Below, piece after piece: positions 10,484-21,072 of a DNA stretch of 64,000 bases. Where the stretch lies: positions 64,001-128,000 of the forward strand of contig CAVUWV010000024.1 of the NCBI GenBank assembly GCA_963745075.1, written 5' to 3'. The notes beneath the pieces were generated by a model that was given only the letters and a program-made list of their open reading frames with translations, was not told where the DNA came from and made no database searches. Both the position numbers and the translations under genes were made by a program. How positions within the stretch are numbered: the stretch's first letter is position 1; each line of letters begins with the position of its first letter. This DNA comes from Candidatus Hydrogenedentota bacterium. GTDB lineage: Bacteria; Hydrogenedentota; Hydrogenedentia; Hydrogenedentales; SLHB01.

Positions 10484-11677
10484 CTACGCGCTCAGTATGT
10501 CGGATTTGACCACGGACGTTGGCCGGCCAAGCACGGCGGCGAGGTCAACCTCGGGCAACGACGGCGTTGCGGTGACTATCTCACTCTTCCCATCTGCGGA
10601 CAGGATAAACGTATCCTCGGACTTTACGCCCACGCCGGACGGATTCCACGCAAACGCGTGACCAAACGATACATCGACGCCCGAGATCTCCTTGACCGCT
10701 TTGGACCATGCCTTGTCGAGGATTGGAAATGGTTCGCCCGGCGCGCCCTTGGCCGTGCGGGCCGAGTATCCGGTGGTTCCGCCTTGGTGATGGTTGTGCC
10801 ATTCGTTTTCCGGGAATCCCATATCCTTGTACGCGGCACGACAGGCGTCGAACACATCCCCCAACGTTTTGCCCGGCTCGGACGCCTCCTGCATGAGGGC
10901 ATCGACACCACAGACCCGCCGATACGCATCGTGAATGTTTACCGGAATGTCGCTAACCTGTTTGAACCGGGTGATGGACGCGATCAGCCCTTCGCGGAAA
11001 AAGCAGCCCACCACCATGACGTAGCCTTTGACCGTCTTCTCTTTGAGCGAACCGGTCGTAAGCGGTCCCGCCGTGGGCAAGGGGTGACGGAACTGGGCAA
11101 TCCGATCGTCTGCCGCGATCAGCGCCACGGGAACCATGCACCGTCGTTTTGCGCCCTCCGCAATCAGGACCGCAGCGATATCTGCCTCCGCCATGCCCGG
11201 TTTGACGGCGTCGAGTGTGGCCATCATCGCATCCGCGGCCAAGGCGCCAAGCTTGCGGTATTTCTCCATCTCGCCTGGCGCCAACAAGGCGCGAAGGTAC
11301 GTGAGATCCTCATTCACGTTTGCCCCAAGTGCCCCGTCGTCGGACACGAGATTCCCCGTGAATTCCTTCCTCACGACGCTGGCAGGGTCGTTCGCAAACC
11401 ACAGGAAGTTCTTGGAATCGCATCCCAGGGCCTGGAGTTCCTCCGCCATGATGCGCGATTCTTCGATGGTATTGCCGACGAAATAAACGCTTCCATCTTT
11501 TGTCACGAATAATGAATTCGCACCCAAATCGGATGCGAAGTTTACGTAATTCCGCTTTCCGCCGGTCGCCATGGCAAAGTTATCGACCCGGGACAGCAAA
11601 ATGCCATCGTATCCTCGCTCCCGGAGAAAGGCCTGGAGCAACGCCACACGTACCTGAAATAGTTCGACCTCCGTCAT
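10484..11677 (-). CDS. M24 (pita-bread) fold protein, HHQGG/WNPS type; catalytic role uncertain
   Basis: Creatinase-like N-domain, then ASITR, HHQGG, AWNPS and KSED at the M24 motif positions; GGAGAAGG RBS before ATG 11677. Confidence 0.75.
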   Translation of the reverse strand: MTEVELFQVRVALLQAFLRERGYDGILLSRVDNFAMATGGKRNYVNFASDLGANSLFVTKDGSVYFVGNTIEESRIMAEELQALGCDSKNFLWFANDPASVVRKEFTGNLVSDDGALGANVNEDLTYLRALLAPGEMEKYRKLGALAADAMMATLDAVKPGMAEADIAAVLIAEGAKRRCMVPVALIAADDRIAQFRHPLPTAGPLTTGSLKEKTVKGYVMVVGCFFREGLIASITRFKQVSDIPVNIHDAYRRVCGVDALMQEASEPGKTLGDVFDACRAAYKDMGFPENEWHNHHQGGTTGYSARTAKGAPGEPFPILDKAWSKAVKEISGVDVSFGHAFAWNPSGVGVKSEDTFILSADGKSEIVTATPSLPEVDLAAVLGRPTSVVKSDILSA

Positions 11678-11722
11678 GATTCCTTCTCCCAATCCGCTAT
11701 TCCCGGAACAGTGTTCCAGCCT

Positions 11723-12778
11723 TCAGTCGCCGACCCGCTTGAAGGCGCTAAGCGTACGCCACGCACAATTCTCCCACGTATATTCCATTGCCCGCCGCCG
11801 CGAAAACGCAACCTGCTGCGCCCGTTCCTGAGGAGTTTCCTGAAGCACGCGGCGAATCGCCCCGATCAAAGAAGCGGGGTTCTCGTGATTATAGTAGACC
11901 GGGAAGTTCCCCGCGATCTCGGGAATTCCGCCAACTCGCGGCGTAATGACCCGCGCGCCCCCACGCATCGCCTCGAGAATCGTAATGCATGCCCCCTCGT
12001 GCAAGGACGTGCAAATGAATGCGTCGCTGTGTTGCATGAGACCCGCTATCTGCGGAATGGGGCAGCGATGAATGCGCAGCACCCGCGACCCCCAGTCGTC
12101 CGGCTCGGTATGGTCCGGGCGGCCCAGCACCACGAGATGATGCGGAATCTCGTCTTTCAGGCGCTCGAACGCTTCCAGTAAGAATTGCAGGTGTCCGCGA
12201 TGGCGCGTATCTCCGGACGTGATCAAGTAGGGTTGTTCGGCGATGGTGTCATGCGCAACGTCCAATCCAGGGTCCGCGCCGGGCGGCGCCACCACGACCC
12301 GGTCCATGGGCACGCTCAAAAGACTCAACAACTGTCTGCGCAAACACTCCGACGGGGCGACAAAGACTTGGGCCCGTGTGGAGATTCGTTTCATGTCGCG
12401 AACCAGCGGAGGCGTCCGCCACCCGCCGGCTTTTCCCGCTTGCTCGAGGAAGCTTAAGTCCAGCGCGTAAGGCACCACCGGTACCGCGGTGACCATGCCT
12501 GCCGTTTGCAGCGGCGTATACACCAGATCGACTTGAGCGCGCTTTGCCGCGCGATCCAGATTCTTCTCGATAGGGGCATCGTCAATTGCAGCCGATCCGG
12601 GTTTGCCCACAAACACCCGATCCCATCCGGGATACGACTCGTGATTGTTCGCATCCGTGAAGAGGGTGAAATGACTGTCCGGCTGGATGTCTCGCATCCG
12701 GACCAGGACATTCCGGAGGTACACGTCCTCTTCGTCATACCCGGGTTCCAATGTCGTAATATTCACGCCCACGCGCAT
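11723..12778 (-). CDS. GT4 family glycosyltransferase (GT-B fold)
   Basis: VAPSE, PPGAD, 'SLHEGACITILEAM' (ExxxxxxxE motif), GGIPEI and YTWE. Confidence 0.85.
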   Translation of the reverse strand: MRVGVNITTLEPGYDEEDVYLRNVLVRMRDIQPDSHFTLFTDANNHESYPGWDRVFVGKPGSAAIDDAPIEKNLDRAAKRAQVDLVYTPLQTAGMVTAVPVVPYALDLSFLEQAGKAGGWRTPPLVRDMKRISTRAQVFVAPSECLRRQLLSLLSVPMDRVVVAPPGADPGLDVAHDTIAEQPYLITSGDTRHRGHLQFLLEAFERLKDEIPHHLVVLGRPDHTEPDDWGSRVLRIHRCPIPQIAGLMQHSDAFICTSLHEGACITILEAMRGGARVITPRVGGIPEIAGNFPVYYNHENPASLIGAIRRVLQETPQERAQQVAFSRRRAMEYTWENCAWRTLSAFKRVGD

Positions 12779-12811
12779 ACGTTTACCTCTTCGAAACAGG
12801 ACAGATTCCGG

Positions 12812-13204
12812 CTACTTGACGTAACCGAGGTGGGCCAACGGTTGGGGAATGGTATTCTTTCTGGAACCACTCATGACGCGATCTCGATCGCCGACACCGG
12901 CGCTCACCAGGGCAGCCAATGCCCGCTCCGCTGCTGCGGAAATCGGATCGGACGGGTCAACTTCGTGCACCACGGCATCGCAATCCGGCAACGGCACCGT
13001 TCCCGTAGTAACAAGCACGATAACACCGTTGCGGATCAAAACCTCGCAAACCAGAGTCCGGGACGTCAACGAACCAATTCGCTGCGCGAGCCGCTCATCG
13101 ACGATTTCCACCCGGTGTCCGACGGCTACCAGTCGATCCCCGAGTTCCCGTGCCACAGCGACGGTGTCGTTTCCCTGCAAATATATGGTCAGCCCGTTTC
13201 TCAT
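12812..13204 (-). CDS. Reduced adenylyl-sulfate kinase (CysC)-like protein lacking Walker A, 130 aa
   Basis: GLTIYLQG..VAREL..RL...GHRVEIVD...VCEVL.RNGVIV...LGYV follows the CysC scaffold but has no GxxGxGK(S/T); GGAG RBS; lies just downstream of sat. Confidence 0.6.
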   Translation of the reverse strand: MRNGLTIYLQGNDTVAVARELGDRLVAVGHRVEIVDERLAQRIGSLTSRTLVCEVLIRNGVIVLVTTGTVPLPDCDAVVHEVDPSDPISAAAERALAALVSAGVGDRDRVMSGSRKNTIPQPLAHLGYVK

Positions 13205-13311
13205 TCCGCTTACTCCATCGCAATGCGAATTCGTTTGCCACAGCGTCACGCCGATCCATCGGGCTCGCCGCCGGGTCCGTCCGCCTGCGCGCTGTTTCTG
13301 CGCAGACCGCC

Positions 13312-13320
13312 ATTCTACCA
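13312..13320 (-). promoter_or_regulatory. Extended -10 element (TGGTAGAAT), putative promoter for cysC-like/GT4/M24/ROK
   Basis: Minus strand TG-G-TAGAAT about 108 nt upstream of ATG 13204; no clear -35. Confidence 0.4.
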
Positions 13321-13547
13321 AAACTATGGACGGAAAACGCACACGAAACTTCTACAGAATTCGGCTAAACGCGCGAAATTGTAGAGTTTGTTGCGCTTAC
13401 AACGGAATTCTCACACGCACCGGACGTTGGATCCGTAACCCAAATCCGCTCTATGGTTTCGCACGTCGATCCGAGCACGTTGTGGTTTCGCAGAACGCGT
13501 GTGGGAATTCCTCAGCAATGCGCCCACGGAAATTTTCCAAATGCGGA

Positions 13548-14936
13548 TTACAGCGCCCGGCCCTGAAAATCCGAAGGAATTGGCGCGTTCAAAAGGTTCA
13601 GAATCGTTGGCGCGATGTCCATAATCTGGAGGTCCGATCGCTCCTCACCACCTCGGCCGGTCCGGTCGTCCATTACAAAAATGCCGTCGAAGTCGTGATT
13701 GGCGTCATCCGGACCCGTGTCATTGCGCTCCGCAAAAATGTGTTGGACGCCCACCGTCCCCAACGCTCGGTAAGAGAGATCGCCAAAATATACAATCAGA
13801 TCCGGTGGTACGCCATTTGTTTTCCGGTAGTGGCGTTCCGGTATCAACACGCGGTTGTTCATCGGGGTGCCGTCTGGGCCCGCCATCGATTCGAGTCTCA
13901 ATGCGAGTTCCGCGCGGCGTTGTTCATATTCCGGCTTTGGAATGATGCCCCGGGGTTCGCGGCCCGAAACATTCATGAAAACGCGGGCGCAATAACCACC
14001 GGTGCTCCAGGCTCGGGTGTGATCCCAGTCGATGGTGCAGTCTTCGATCCGGTAAGGTTGTTCCGGGACCGACTCGAGACGCAAGTACCCTTCGTTCATG
14101 AGCCACTGATTGACGTAAACGCCCCCGGCCATCGGTTTCGCGCCATGATCTGAAACGACGAGAACCGCCGTATCATGACCCGCGTGCGAAACAAGGTCGC
14201 CGATCCGCCGGTCGACAGATTCGTAGTATTCCCGAAACACGTTCTCGAAGCGGTTCCCGGGCTCGAACCGGGGATGATTGGGATCGCAGAACCGCCAGAA
14301 TCCATGGTGCAACCGGTCCATACCCATCTCGACGACCATAAAAAAGTCCCAAGGCTTGGTCTCCATCAAGTAGCGCGCCGTGTCGAACCGGTTTTCCATC
14401 AACCCATAGATTCGTTTCAACAGACCGGTTTTGTCGTCGGTTCGGAAATCGCCCACGTCGAGGTGATACGCGCCGACGGACCGGGCGATTTCCCTTTTGA
14501 GTGATTTCGGATAGGTGAACGCAACTTCGGTATCGGGGGCGAGGAACCCGGAGACGAGGCATCCGTTCAGCGGTTTCGGCGGATAGGTCTGCGGCACACC
14601 GACAACGACGGACTGCAAACCATGGCGGGACAGAATGTCCCATACCCGAGGTTCACGAATCGTTGTCGCGTCCAACGTCGCCAATGGGCCATACGTGTAG
14701 TCGCGGCGATTGCGGAACCCATAGCATCCCAGCGTTCCGGGGTCTTTGCTGGAGAGCATGGAGGCCCACGCCGGTACCGTAATGGGCGGGTCCGTGCTAC
14801 GAAGAAGGCCCCGGCAGCCGTTGGCTGCCAGGGCCTGAAGATTCGGAAGATCGAAGCGGTTCGGGCCGAAAACAAAGCGAGGCGCTGCACAATCGAGACC
14901 AATTACCAGGACACGTTTCACGCGTCCACCGGCCAT
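13548..14936 (-). CDS. Alkaline phosphatase superfamily phosphodiesterase/nucleotide pyrophosphatase-like protein (COG3379 type)
   Basis: IGLDCA, PPITVPAW (Thr nucleophile), DRLHH, VSDHG and ANH motifs; no signal peptide; ATG directly follows the sat TAA. Confidence 0.88.
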   Translation of the reverse strand: MAGGRVKRVLVIGLDCAAPRFVFGPNRFDLPNLQALAANGCRGLLRSTDPPITVPAWASMLSSKDPGTLGCYGFRNRRDYTYGPLATLDATTIREPRVWDILSRHGLQSVVVGVPQTYPPKPLNGCLVSGFLAPDTEVAFTYPKSLKREIARSVGAYHLDVGDFRTDDKTGLLKRIYGLMENRFDTARYLMETKPWDFFMVVEMGMDRLHHGFWRFCDPNHPRFEPGNRFENVFREYYESVDRRIGDLVSHAGHDTAVLVVSDHGAKPMAGGVYVNQWLMNEGYLRLESVPEQPYRIEDCTIDWDHTRAWSTGGYCARVFMNVSGREPRGIIPKPEYEQRRAELALRLESMAGPDGTPMNNRVLIPERHYRKTNGVPPDLIVYFGDLSYRALGTVGVQHIFAERNDTGPDDANHDFDGIFVMDDRTGRGGEERSDLQIMDIAPTILNLLNAPIPSDFQGRAL

Positions 14937-16091
14937 TTACTCAGCTCCCTGTGCCCACTTGATCAGTACTTTTGCGACTTCGGGACGGCTGAATTCCGCC
15001 GGCGGCATCTCACCCGCCTTCAGCATCTCTCGTACTTTCGTCCCGCTCAGGAATACGTGATGTTCCTTGTCGTGAGGGCACGTCTTGATGCTGGCCATAT
15101 TACCGCAACGCTTGCAGAAGAACGAGTGGTCGAAGAAAAGCGGTGTGATCCCGATTTCGTCGGGATCGAATTCGCTGAATATCTGATGGGCGTCGTAGGT
15201 TCCGTAAAACTTGCCTACACCCGCATGATCGCGCCCGACGATAAAGTGGGTGCAGCCGTAGTTCTTTCGAATGATGGCGTGCATGATGGCCTCTTTCGGG
15301 CCCGCATACCGCATGTTCACCGGCATCAGCGAAAGCATGGTATGGGCTTTCGGATAGTAATCTTCGATGATCGTCTGGTAACACTCCATCCGCACCGAGC
15401 CGGGAATATCGTCGCTCTTCGTAGTGCCCATCAGCGGGTGGATCAGGAGTCCGTCGCAAATCTCGAGTGCACATTTTGTGAGATACTCGTGCGCCCGGTG
15501 AATAGGATTGCGCGTTTGAAAGGCGACGATCCGGTTCCAGCCGTGATGCTCGAAGGCTGCCCGCGTTTGTTTCGGCGTGAGCGCGAATTCCTGGAACTCG
15601 ATCTCGCGCGCCTTCAATACGTCCAGGTCGCCCGCCAGGAACACATCACCGAGGCCCAGGGTATATGCGACACCGGGATGGGAGTCATCGGTCGTTCGAT
15701 ACGTCTTCTCCGCGATCTCCCGATGGTCGACGGTGAACTTCTCTGCCAAATGCAGGATCGCCGCGACTTCGCCGAGGTCGTCTTCAATAGCGATCTCTTT
15801 GTCGACCTCAAACTTCGCGGCCTCGTCGGAGCTGACCGACAGAAGTATCGGAATCGTCCACGGAATCCCCGGGCGCAGGTGCATCGTGTCCAGCACGCTT
15901 CGCGTCTCAGCTTCATTCATGAATCCCGTCAACGGACTGAAGATTCCCTTGCCGATGCAGTCAACGTCGAATGCCGCGTAGGTATCAACTTTGATCCGCG
16001 GCAAACTAGCGGCTTTGGCCTTGGCGGCTTCCAGAGCCGAGCCACTCAGAATGCGGTCCACAAGCTGACCGCCATGGGGTGCGATGGACAT
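14937..16091 (-). CDS. sat: Sulfate adenylyltransferase (ATP sulfurylase)
   Basis: PHGG.LV, SPLTGFM, FQTRNPIHRAHE, YAGPKEA, IVGRDHAGVG, LSGTKVR and FSRPEV. Confidence 0.97.
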   Translation of the reverse strand: MSIAPHGGQLVDRILSGSALEAAKAKAASLPRIKVDTYAAFDVDCIGKGIFSPLTGFMNEAETRSVLDTMHLRPGIPWTIPILLSVSSDEAAKFEVDKEIAIEDDLGEVAAILHLAEKFTVDHREIAEKTYRTTDDSHPGVAYTLGLGDVFLAGDLDVLKAREIEFQEFALTPKQTRAAFEHHGWNRIVAFQTRNPIHRAHEYLTKCALEICDGLLIHPLMGTTKSDDIPGSVRMECYQTIIEDYYPKAHTMLSLMPVNMRYAGPKEAIMHAIIRKNYGCTHFIVGRDHAGVGKFYGTYDAHQIFSEFDPDEIGITPLFFDHSFFCKRCGNMASIKTCPHDKEHHVFLSGTKVREMLKAGEMPPAEFSRPEVAKVLIKWAQGAE

Positions 16092-16173
16092 AGTGAGCCT
16101 CCGTAAACGGGTTTAGGGTGTTGCACCGGTTCCATGACTTCGCCCGGAATTCGGAGCGAGACGTGAAAGCCGA

Positions 16174-16202
16174 AGTGTACCAGCTTGCGCGTCCGGACTC
16201 AA
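16174..16202 (-). promoter_or_regulatory. Sigma70-type promoter of sat
   Basis: Minus strand TTGAGT-17 nt-TACACT with extended TG; GGAGG RBS before the sat ATG. Confidence 0.6.
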
Positions 16203-16447
16203 GTGGCGTGGGGACGGTAAGTCTGTAACACGCGTTTCACCCTGCAAAGTTACTGGTCAGAAACAGTAGAGGATGTTTGAAAAGAGCAGGAGTGTGTAAA
16301 TATCATGGAACTGCGAAGTCTTTGTGGCTGGGCACTGCACCTTCCCCGTTCTCAGCCACGCGAGTATTGGTCCGTGATATTGGGAACCATCAACCGATCG
16401 GCCCGCCGTATCGCAGTCAAAGGGTCGGTTTTCTTGGGGACACCGGA

Positions 16448-18076
16448 ATGGAAGAGTCGTCGCGAGACGAACTTGTACGCGAAATTGAACGGCTAAACGC
16501 GCGGCTGAATGACGCCATATCAGAGTCCGGCGGCGGCGGTGAACCGTTCGACCGGGAACGGTTTTCTAAAGTTCTTTCGCATATAACCGACGGTGTCTAC
16601 GTCTACGATCGGGATCTGCGGATTATTTATGCAAATGGCGCGGCGGCCGCGTTCACGGGATCAACGGTGGACGAACTGCTCCACCGGCGTCCGCTGGACA
16701 TCTATCCCTCGATGGAGGACACCGACTTCTACAAGGCCTACCTGCGCGTCATAGACACGGGCCGTCCCGAGGTCGTCGAAGCGCCTTTCGATTTCCCGGA
16801 CGGCCGCTCGCGCTGGTACGAAGTCCATATCTACCCGTTGCCGGATGGCCTGCTGGCTATCGCGCGCGACGTTACCGAACGCGTGCGACGCGACGAGGAG
16901 CGCACCCGCATTCAGGCGCAGATTCTCCAGGCGCAGAAACTGGAGAGTCTCGGCGTGCTGGCCGGCGGAATCGCCCATGATTTCAACAATCTACTGATGA
17001 GTGTGCTGGGCTATGCCAACCTGGCGCTCTCCGATATGCCCGCGGAATCTTCGGCATACGAGAGCATTCGCCAGGTGGAATTGGCAGCCCGCCGGGCCGC
17101 CGACCTCTGCAAACAAATGCTGGCGTATTCGGGTCGTGGGCACTTCGTCGTACAAGCAGTCGACCTGACGCGCCTCGTCGAAGAGATGAGCCACCTGTTG
17201 ACACTGGCCAAGTCGAAGAATGCGACGTTGAAATACAGTCTCGCTTCAAGCCTGCCGCGAATCGACGCCGATGCTACGCAATTGCATCAAGTCTTGATCA
17301 ATTTGGTTACCAACGCGTCAGACGCGATTGGCTGCAACAACGGCGTTATCAGCGTTACGACCGGCGTCATCGACTGCGACGAGGCGTATCTGGACGACCT
17401 GTACATCGATGAACCCCTGCGCCCGGGTCGCTATGTATTTCTCGAAGTGAGTGACGATGGATGCGGGATCGACAAAGATGTTCGCCCCAAAGTCTTTGAA
17501 CCGTTCTTCACGACGAAATTCACCGGTCGCGGTCTTGGATTGGCCGCCGTATTGGGTATCGTGCGCGGGCACCACGGTGCGGTGAAGTTATACAGCGAAA
17601 CCGGACGCGGCACGACGGTCAAGGTGTTGCTTCCGGTGAACGAAGGCGTGCCGCAAGGAGCGCTTTCGCAGGGTACGGTCGAAAAGATGTGGGCTGGCCA
17701 GGGCACGATTCTGATCGTTGACGATGAAGAGTCCGTGCGCAACGTGACCCGTGCAGCCTTACGGCGGGTGGGGTTCAAGACCCTTGAAGCGTGCGACGGT
17801 CAGGAAGCCTTGGAACTGCTCGCGGCGAATCAGCAGGAAGTCCGGCTCGTGTTGCTCGATGTGACCATGCCGCGGATGGGTGGAGAAGAGACCTATCGCA
17901 AGATCCGTCAACTCTCGATCGACATCCCGGTCATCCTCTCAAGCGGTTACAACGAAGAGGATGCTACCGGTCACTTTAATGGAAAGGGGCTTTCGGGGTT
18001 TATCCAAAAGCCGTATCGTCCGACCGATCTTATTGCCAGGATACGGAGTTTGTTGGGCGAATCGGAGTCCCCGTGA
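16448..18076 (+). CDS. PAS-domain hybrid sensor histidine kinase with C-terminal receiver (CckA-like architecture)
   Basis: PAS (DGVYVYD..IIYANG), AHDFNNLL H-box, NLVTNA, DDGCG, PFFTTK, GRGLGL; receiver ILIVDDE...LLDVTMP...KP. Confidence 0.93.
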   Translation: MEESSRDELVREIERLNARLNDAISESGGGGEPFDRERFSKVLSHITDGVYVYDRDLRIIYANGAAAAFTGSTVDELLHRRPLDIYPSMEDTDFYKAYLRVIDTGRPEVVEAPFDFPDGRSRWYEVHIYPLPDGLLAIARDVTERVRRDEERTRIQAQILQAQKLESLGVLAGGIAHDFNNLLMSVLGYANLALSDMPAESSAYESIRQVELAARRAADLCKQMLAYSGRGHFVVQAVDLTRLVEEMSHLLTLAKSKNATLKYSLASSLPRIDADATQLHQVLINLVTNASDAIGCNNGVISVTTGVIDCDEAYLDDLYIDEPLRPGRYVFLEVSDDGCGIDKDVRPKVFEPFFTTKFTGRGLGLAAVLGIVRGHHGAVKLYSETGRGTTVKVLLPVNEGVPQGALSQGTVEKMWAGQGTILIVDDEESVRNVTRAALRRVGFKTLEACDGQEALELLAANQQEVRLVLLDVTMPRMGGEETYRKIRQLSIDIPVILSSGYNEEDATGHFNGKGLSGFIQKPYRPTDLIARIRSLLGESESP

Positions 18077-18080
18077 TCCT

Positions 18081-19109
18081 TCAGTTGACCGCGCGCGTAA
18101 ATGCCTCGACCGCCCGGCTAAGTCCGTCGTCATCCACATCCAAATGAAAGACGGCGCGCAGACGCGTCGGGCCGACCGGCACCGCGTAAACGCCTTGTTC
18201 GGCGATTCGGCCAACAAGGCAGTAGGCGTCCGGCACGTCGACGAAAACGATGTTCGTTGGAGAATCCAGGGGGAACGAAATCGCGGGAACTTCTTTCAGC
18301 TTGGACCGGAACTCCCGGGCCCGCCGGTGGTCGTCCGCAAGCCGGTTTACATGATGCTCGAGCGCGTGAAGCGCCGCCGCCGCGAGAATGCCGGCCTGCC
18401 GCATTCCGCCTCCCAGCATTTTGCGGTAGCGGTGCGCGCGATGGATGGTTTCCCGGTCGCCGGCGAGTATCGAGCCAGCCGGCGCCCCCAACCCTTTTGA
18501 GAAACAGAAACTGACGGTGTCGCAAAGGCGAACGTAATCAGCTAATGGGATACCCGAAGCAACGACCGCGTTAAAGACGCGCGCGCCGTCACAGTGCATG
18601 CGAACCCCGTTTTCGCGGGCAATGGCCCCGATGGCCTTTACCGTTTCGAGCGGATAGAGCGCACCGCCTCCACGGTTGGTCGTATTTTCAATGCCGACCA
18701 CCGTCGTGTTCGAGAAATGATGGTCGTCGTTACGGACGATTGCGGCCGCGACCTCATCCGGATTCAGAATCCCGCACGCGCCCCCCAACGTTTTCGTCAT
18801 GACTCCCGCGACCATGCCCAGCCCTCCGGATTCATAATTGAAGGGATGCGCGTCCCGGTGCAGGATTACGGTGTCGCCGGGCTGGGTTTGCGATACAAAT
18901 GCCAGCAGGTTTGCCATCGTGCCCGACGGCACGAACAGCGCGGACTCTTTGCCCGCCAATTCGGCCGCGCGTTGTTGCAGCCCGTTAACCGTGGGATCTT
19001 CGCCGAAAACGTCGTCGCCAACCTCGGCGCCAGCCATCGCATCCCGCATGGCGGGCGTGGGCTTTGTGACCGTGTCACTCCGCAGATCGACTGGTTTATT
19101 GCTGCCCAT
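18081..19109 (-). CDS. ltaE: Low-specificity L-threonine aldolase
   Basis: [48 protein letters not shown] and GGGMRQAG. Confidence 0.95.
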   Translation of the reverse strand: MGSNKPVDLRSDTVTKPTPAMRDAMAGAEVGDDVFGEDPTVNGLQQRAAELAGKESALFVPSGTMANLLAFVSQTQPGDTVILHRDAHPFNYESGGLGMVAGVMTKTLGGACGILNPDEVAAAIVRNDDHHFSNTTVVGIENTTNRGGGALYPLETVKAIGAIARENGVRMHCDGARVFNAVVASGIPLADYVRLCDTVSFCFSKGLGAPAGSILAGDRETIHRAHRYRKMLGGGMRQAGILAAAALHALEHHVNRLADDHRRAREFRSKLKEVPAISFPLDSPTNIVFVDVPDAYCLVGRIAEQGVYAVPVGPTRLRAVFHLDVDDDGLSRAVEAFTRAVN

Positions 19110-19111
19110 GG

Positions 19112-20989
19112 TTACGCCGTCCTTTGCGCTGCCGTCCGTGCCAGTTTCTCCATGTGTATGTGGAGTGCGGCAATGTCACTCGCTCGCACCCCCGGAACGC
19201 GGGCGGCCTGTCCGAAATTTACCGGACGAATCTGGTGTAGTCGTTCACGGCTCTCGACGGGCATGCCCGGTACGACATGGAAATCGAAATCCTCAGGAAT
19301 GGGCCGGGCTTCGGAAGCGCGGAATCGCGTCACGTCGCGCTCTTGGCGTTCGATATACCCCGCATATTTCACCTGAATCTCGACCTGCTCCGCTTCTTCA
19401 AACGTGAGTTGCTCGGACGGGGCGCATACGCCCCACACGTCGTCGATGCGCAATTCGGGACGGCTGAGCAATCGCGCTGCGGGCTGCGGTTCCGCCATCG
19501 GGGCGGCGCCGCGTGCGGCAAGCAGTTTTTGAATCGTGGCATTCGGTGAAACGATGGTCGATCGAAGCCGCAGCATTTCACCGTGGATGCGGTCCTGCTT
19601 TGCCCGCACTTGTTCCGAGTACGCGTCGCCGAGAATTCCATACTTCGCCAAGCGAACGTCCGCATTGTCATGACGCAGGAGCAGCCGGTACTCTGCGCGC
19701 GATGTGAACAGACGATACGGTTCCAATACGCCGCGGGTGACGAGGTCGTCGACCATTACGCCGATGTAGGCCTCGCTCCGTGCAATATATAACGGCTCCT
19801 CGCCGCGAATGGAGCGGATTGCGTTAAGTGCCGCAAATATCCCCTGGCCGGCAGCTTCCTCATAGCCCGACGTACCATTAATTTGGCCGGCATGGAACAA
19901 CCCGCGAACCCGCTTGGTTTCGAGCGTCGGCTTCAACTCCGTCGGCTGCACGAAGTCGTACTCCACCGCGTATCCCGGACGCACCATCTTCGCCTCTTCC
20001 AGGCCGGGAATCGTTTTGAGCATGGCCAGTTGTACGTCTTCGGGAAGACTGGTCGAAAGTCCGTTGACGTAAACCTCCGGCGTATTCAGTCCCTCCGGCT
20101 CGAGAAAGATCCGGTGCTGGTCCTTATCCGCAAATCGAAATACCTTGTCTTCGATGCTGGGACAATACCGCGTTCCCGTCGCGCCAATTTTCCCTGTAAA
20201 CATGGGAGATCGGTCCAGATTCGCCTGAATGATATCGTGGGTGCGTTGGTTCGTTGACGTCAACCAGCACATGACCCTGTTCGGGTCGAACCCCTCAAGC
20301 GGAGTCGAGAAGGAAAACGGCCGGGGCCGTTCGTCACCCGGCTGCTCGGTCATGACGCTGTAGTCGATGGTGTCACAATGAAGGCGCGGACAGGTCCCGG
20401 TTTTCTGGCGGTTAATTTGAAACCCGAGCCGCCGGTAGGTGCTGGACAGCGCTTGCGCGGGTATTTCGCCGGCCCGGCCGCCCGGTACGTCGCACATGCC
20501 GAAATGCAGTTTCCCGCCGAGAAACGTCCCCGTGCAGACGATCACCGCGCGGGCGCCGATTTCTTCGCCGTCGACCGTAATCACGCCGGCGACCGCGTCG
20601 TTGCGGACCACGAAGTCCTCGATCAGCACCGCGTAAAGGGTCAGCCCCTCCTGGTTTTCGCAGACGCGCTGCATATCTTTTTGATAGGCTTCCCGGTCGG
20701 CTTGGGCGCGGGGCGAATGAACGGCAGGACCCTTCGACTGGTTGAGCATCTTGTATTGAATGCCCGTCCGGTCGATACAACGCCCCATCTCGCCGCCGAG
20801 CGCGTCCACTTCACGAACCACCTGGCCCTTGGCGATCCCGCCGATCGCGGGGTTGCAGCTCATCTTGCCGATCGTGTTGACGTCCATCGTCGTCATGGCA
20901 GTGCGCAATCCCGAACGCGCACATGCCAGCGCCGCTTCAATTCCGGCGTGACCGGCGCCGACCACGATGACGTCAAAATCCCGATTCAT
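19112..20989 (-). CDS. mnmG: tRNA uridine-5-carboxymethylaminomethyl modification enzyme
   Basis: [48 protein letters not shown] and TSRAEYRL. Confidence 0.98.
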   Translation of the reverse strand: MNRDFDVIVVGAGHAGIEAALACARSGLRTAMTTMDVNTIGKMSCNPAIGGIAKGQVVREVDALGGEMGRCIDRTGIQYKMLNQSKGPAVHSPRAQADREAYQKDMQRVCENQEGLTLYAVLIEDFVVRNDAVAGVITVDGEEIGARAVIVCTGTFLGGKLHFGMCDVPGGRAGEIPAQALSSTYRRLGFQINRQKTGTCPRLHCDTIDYSVMTEQPGDERPRPFSFSTPLEGFDPNRVMCWLTSTNQRTHDIIQANLDRSPMFTGKIGATGTRYCPSIEDKVFRFADKDQHRIFLEPEGLNTPEVYVNGLSTSLPEDVQLAMLKTIPGLEEAKMVRPGYAVEYDFVQPTELKPTLETKRVRGLFHAGQINGTSGYEEAAGQGIFAALNAIRSIRGEEPLYIARSEAYIGVMVDDLVTRGVLEPYRLFTSRAEYRLLLRHDNADVRLAKYGILGDAYSEQVRAKQDRIHGEMLRLRSTIVSPNATIQKLLAARGAAPMAEPQPAARLLSRPELRIDDVWGVCAPSEQLTFEEAEQVEIQVKYAGYIERQERDVTRFRASEARPIPEDFDFHVVPGMPVESRERLHQIRPVNFGQAARVPGVRASDIAALHIHMEKLARTAAQRTA

Positions 20990-21072
20990 GATTTGCCTGC
21001 GTCCTGTGTGGGTGTGATTGCGGAATGCTGCGAATGCAGCCTGACACCGACGGTTAAGAAAAGCAGAGGATA

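Noticed and set aside
12849..16106. Long antisense ORFs (12849..14153, 14622..16106; likewise 29212..30489, 38805..40172, 55877..57256, 57253..58644)
   Set aside because: Shadow frames opposite well-supported genes in GC-rich DNA, with no recognisable motifs.
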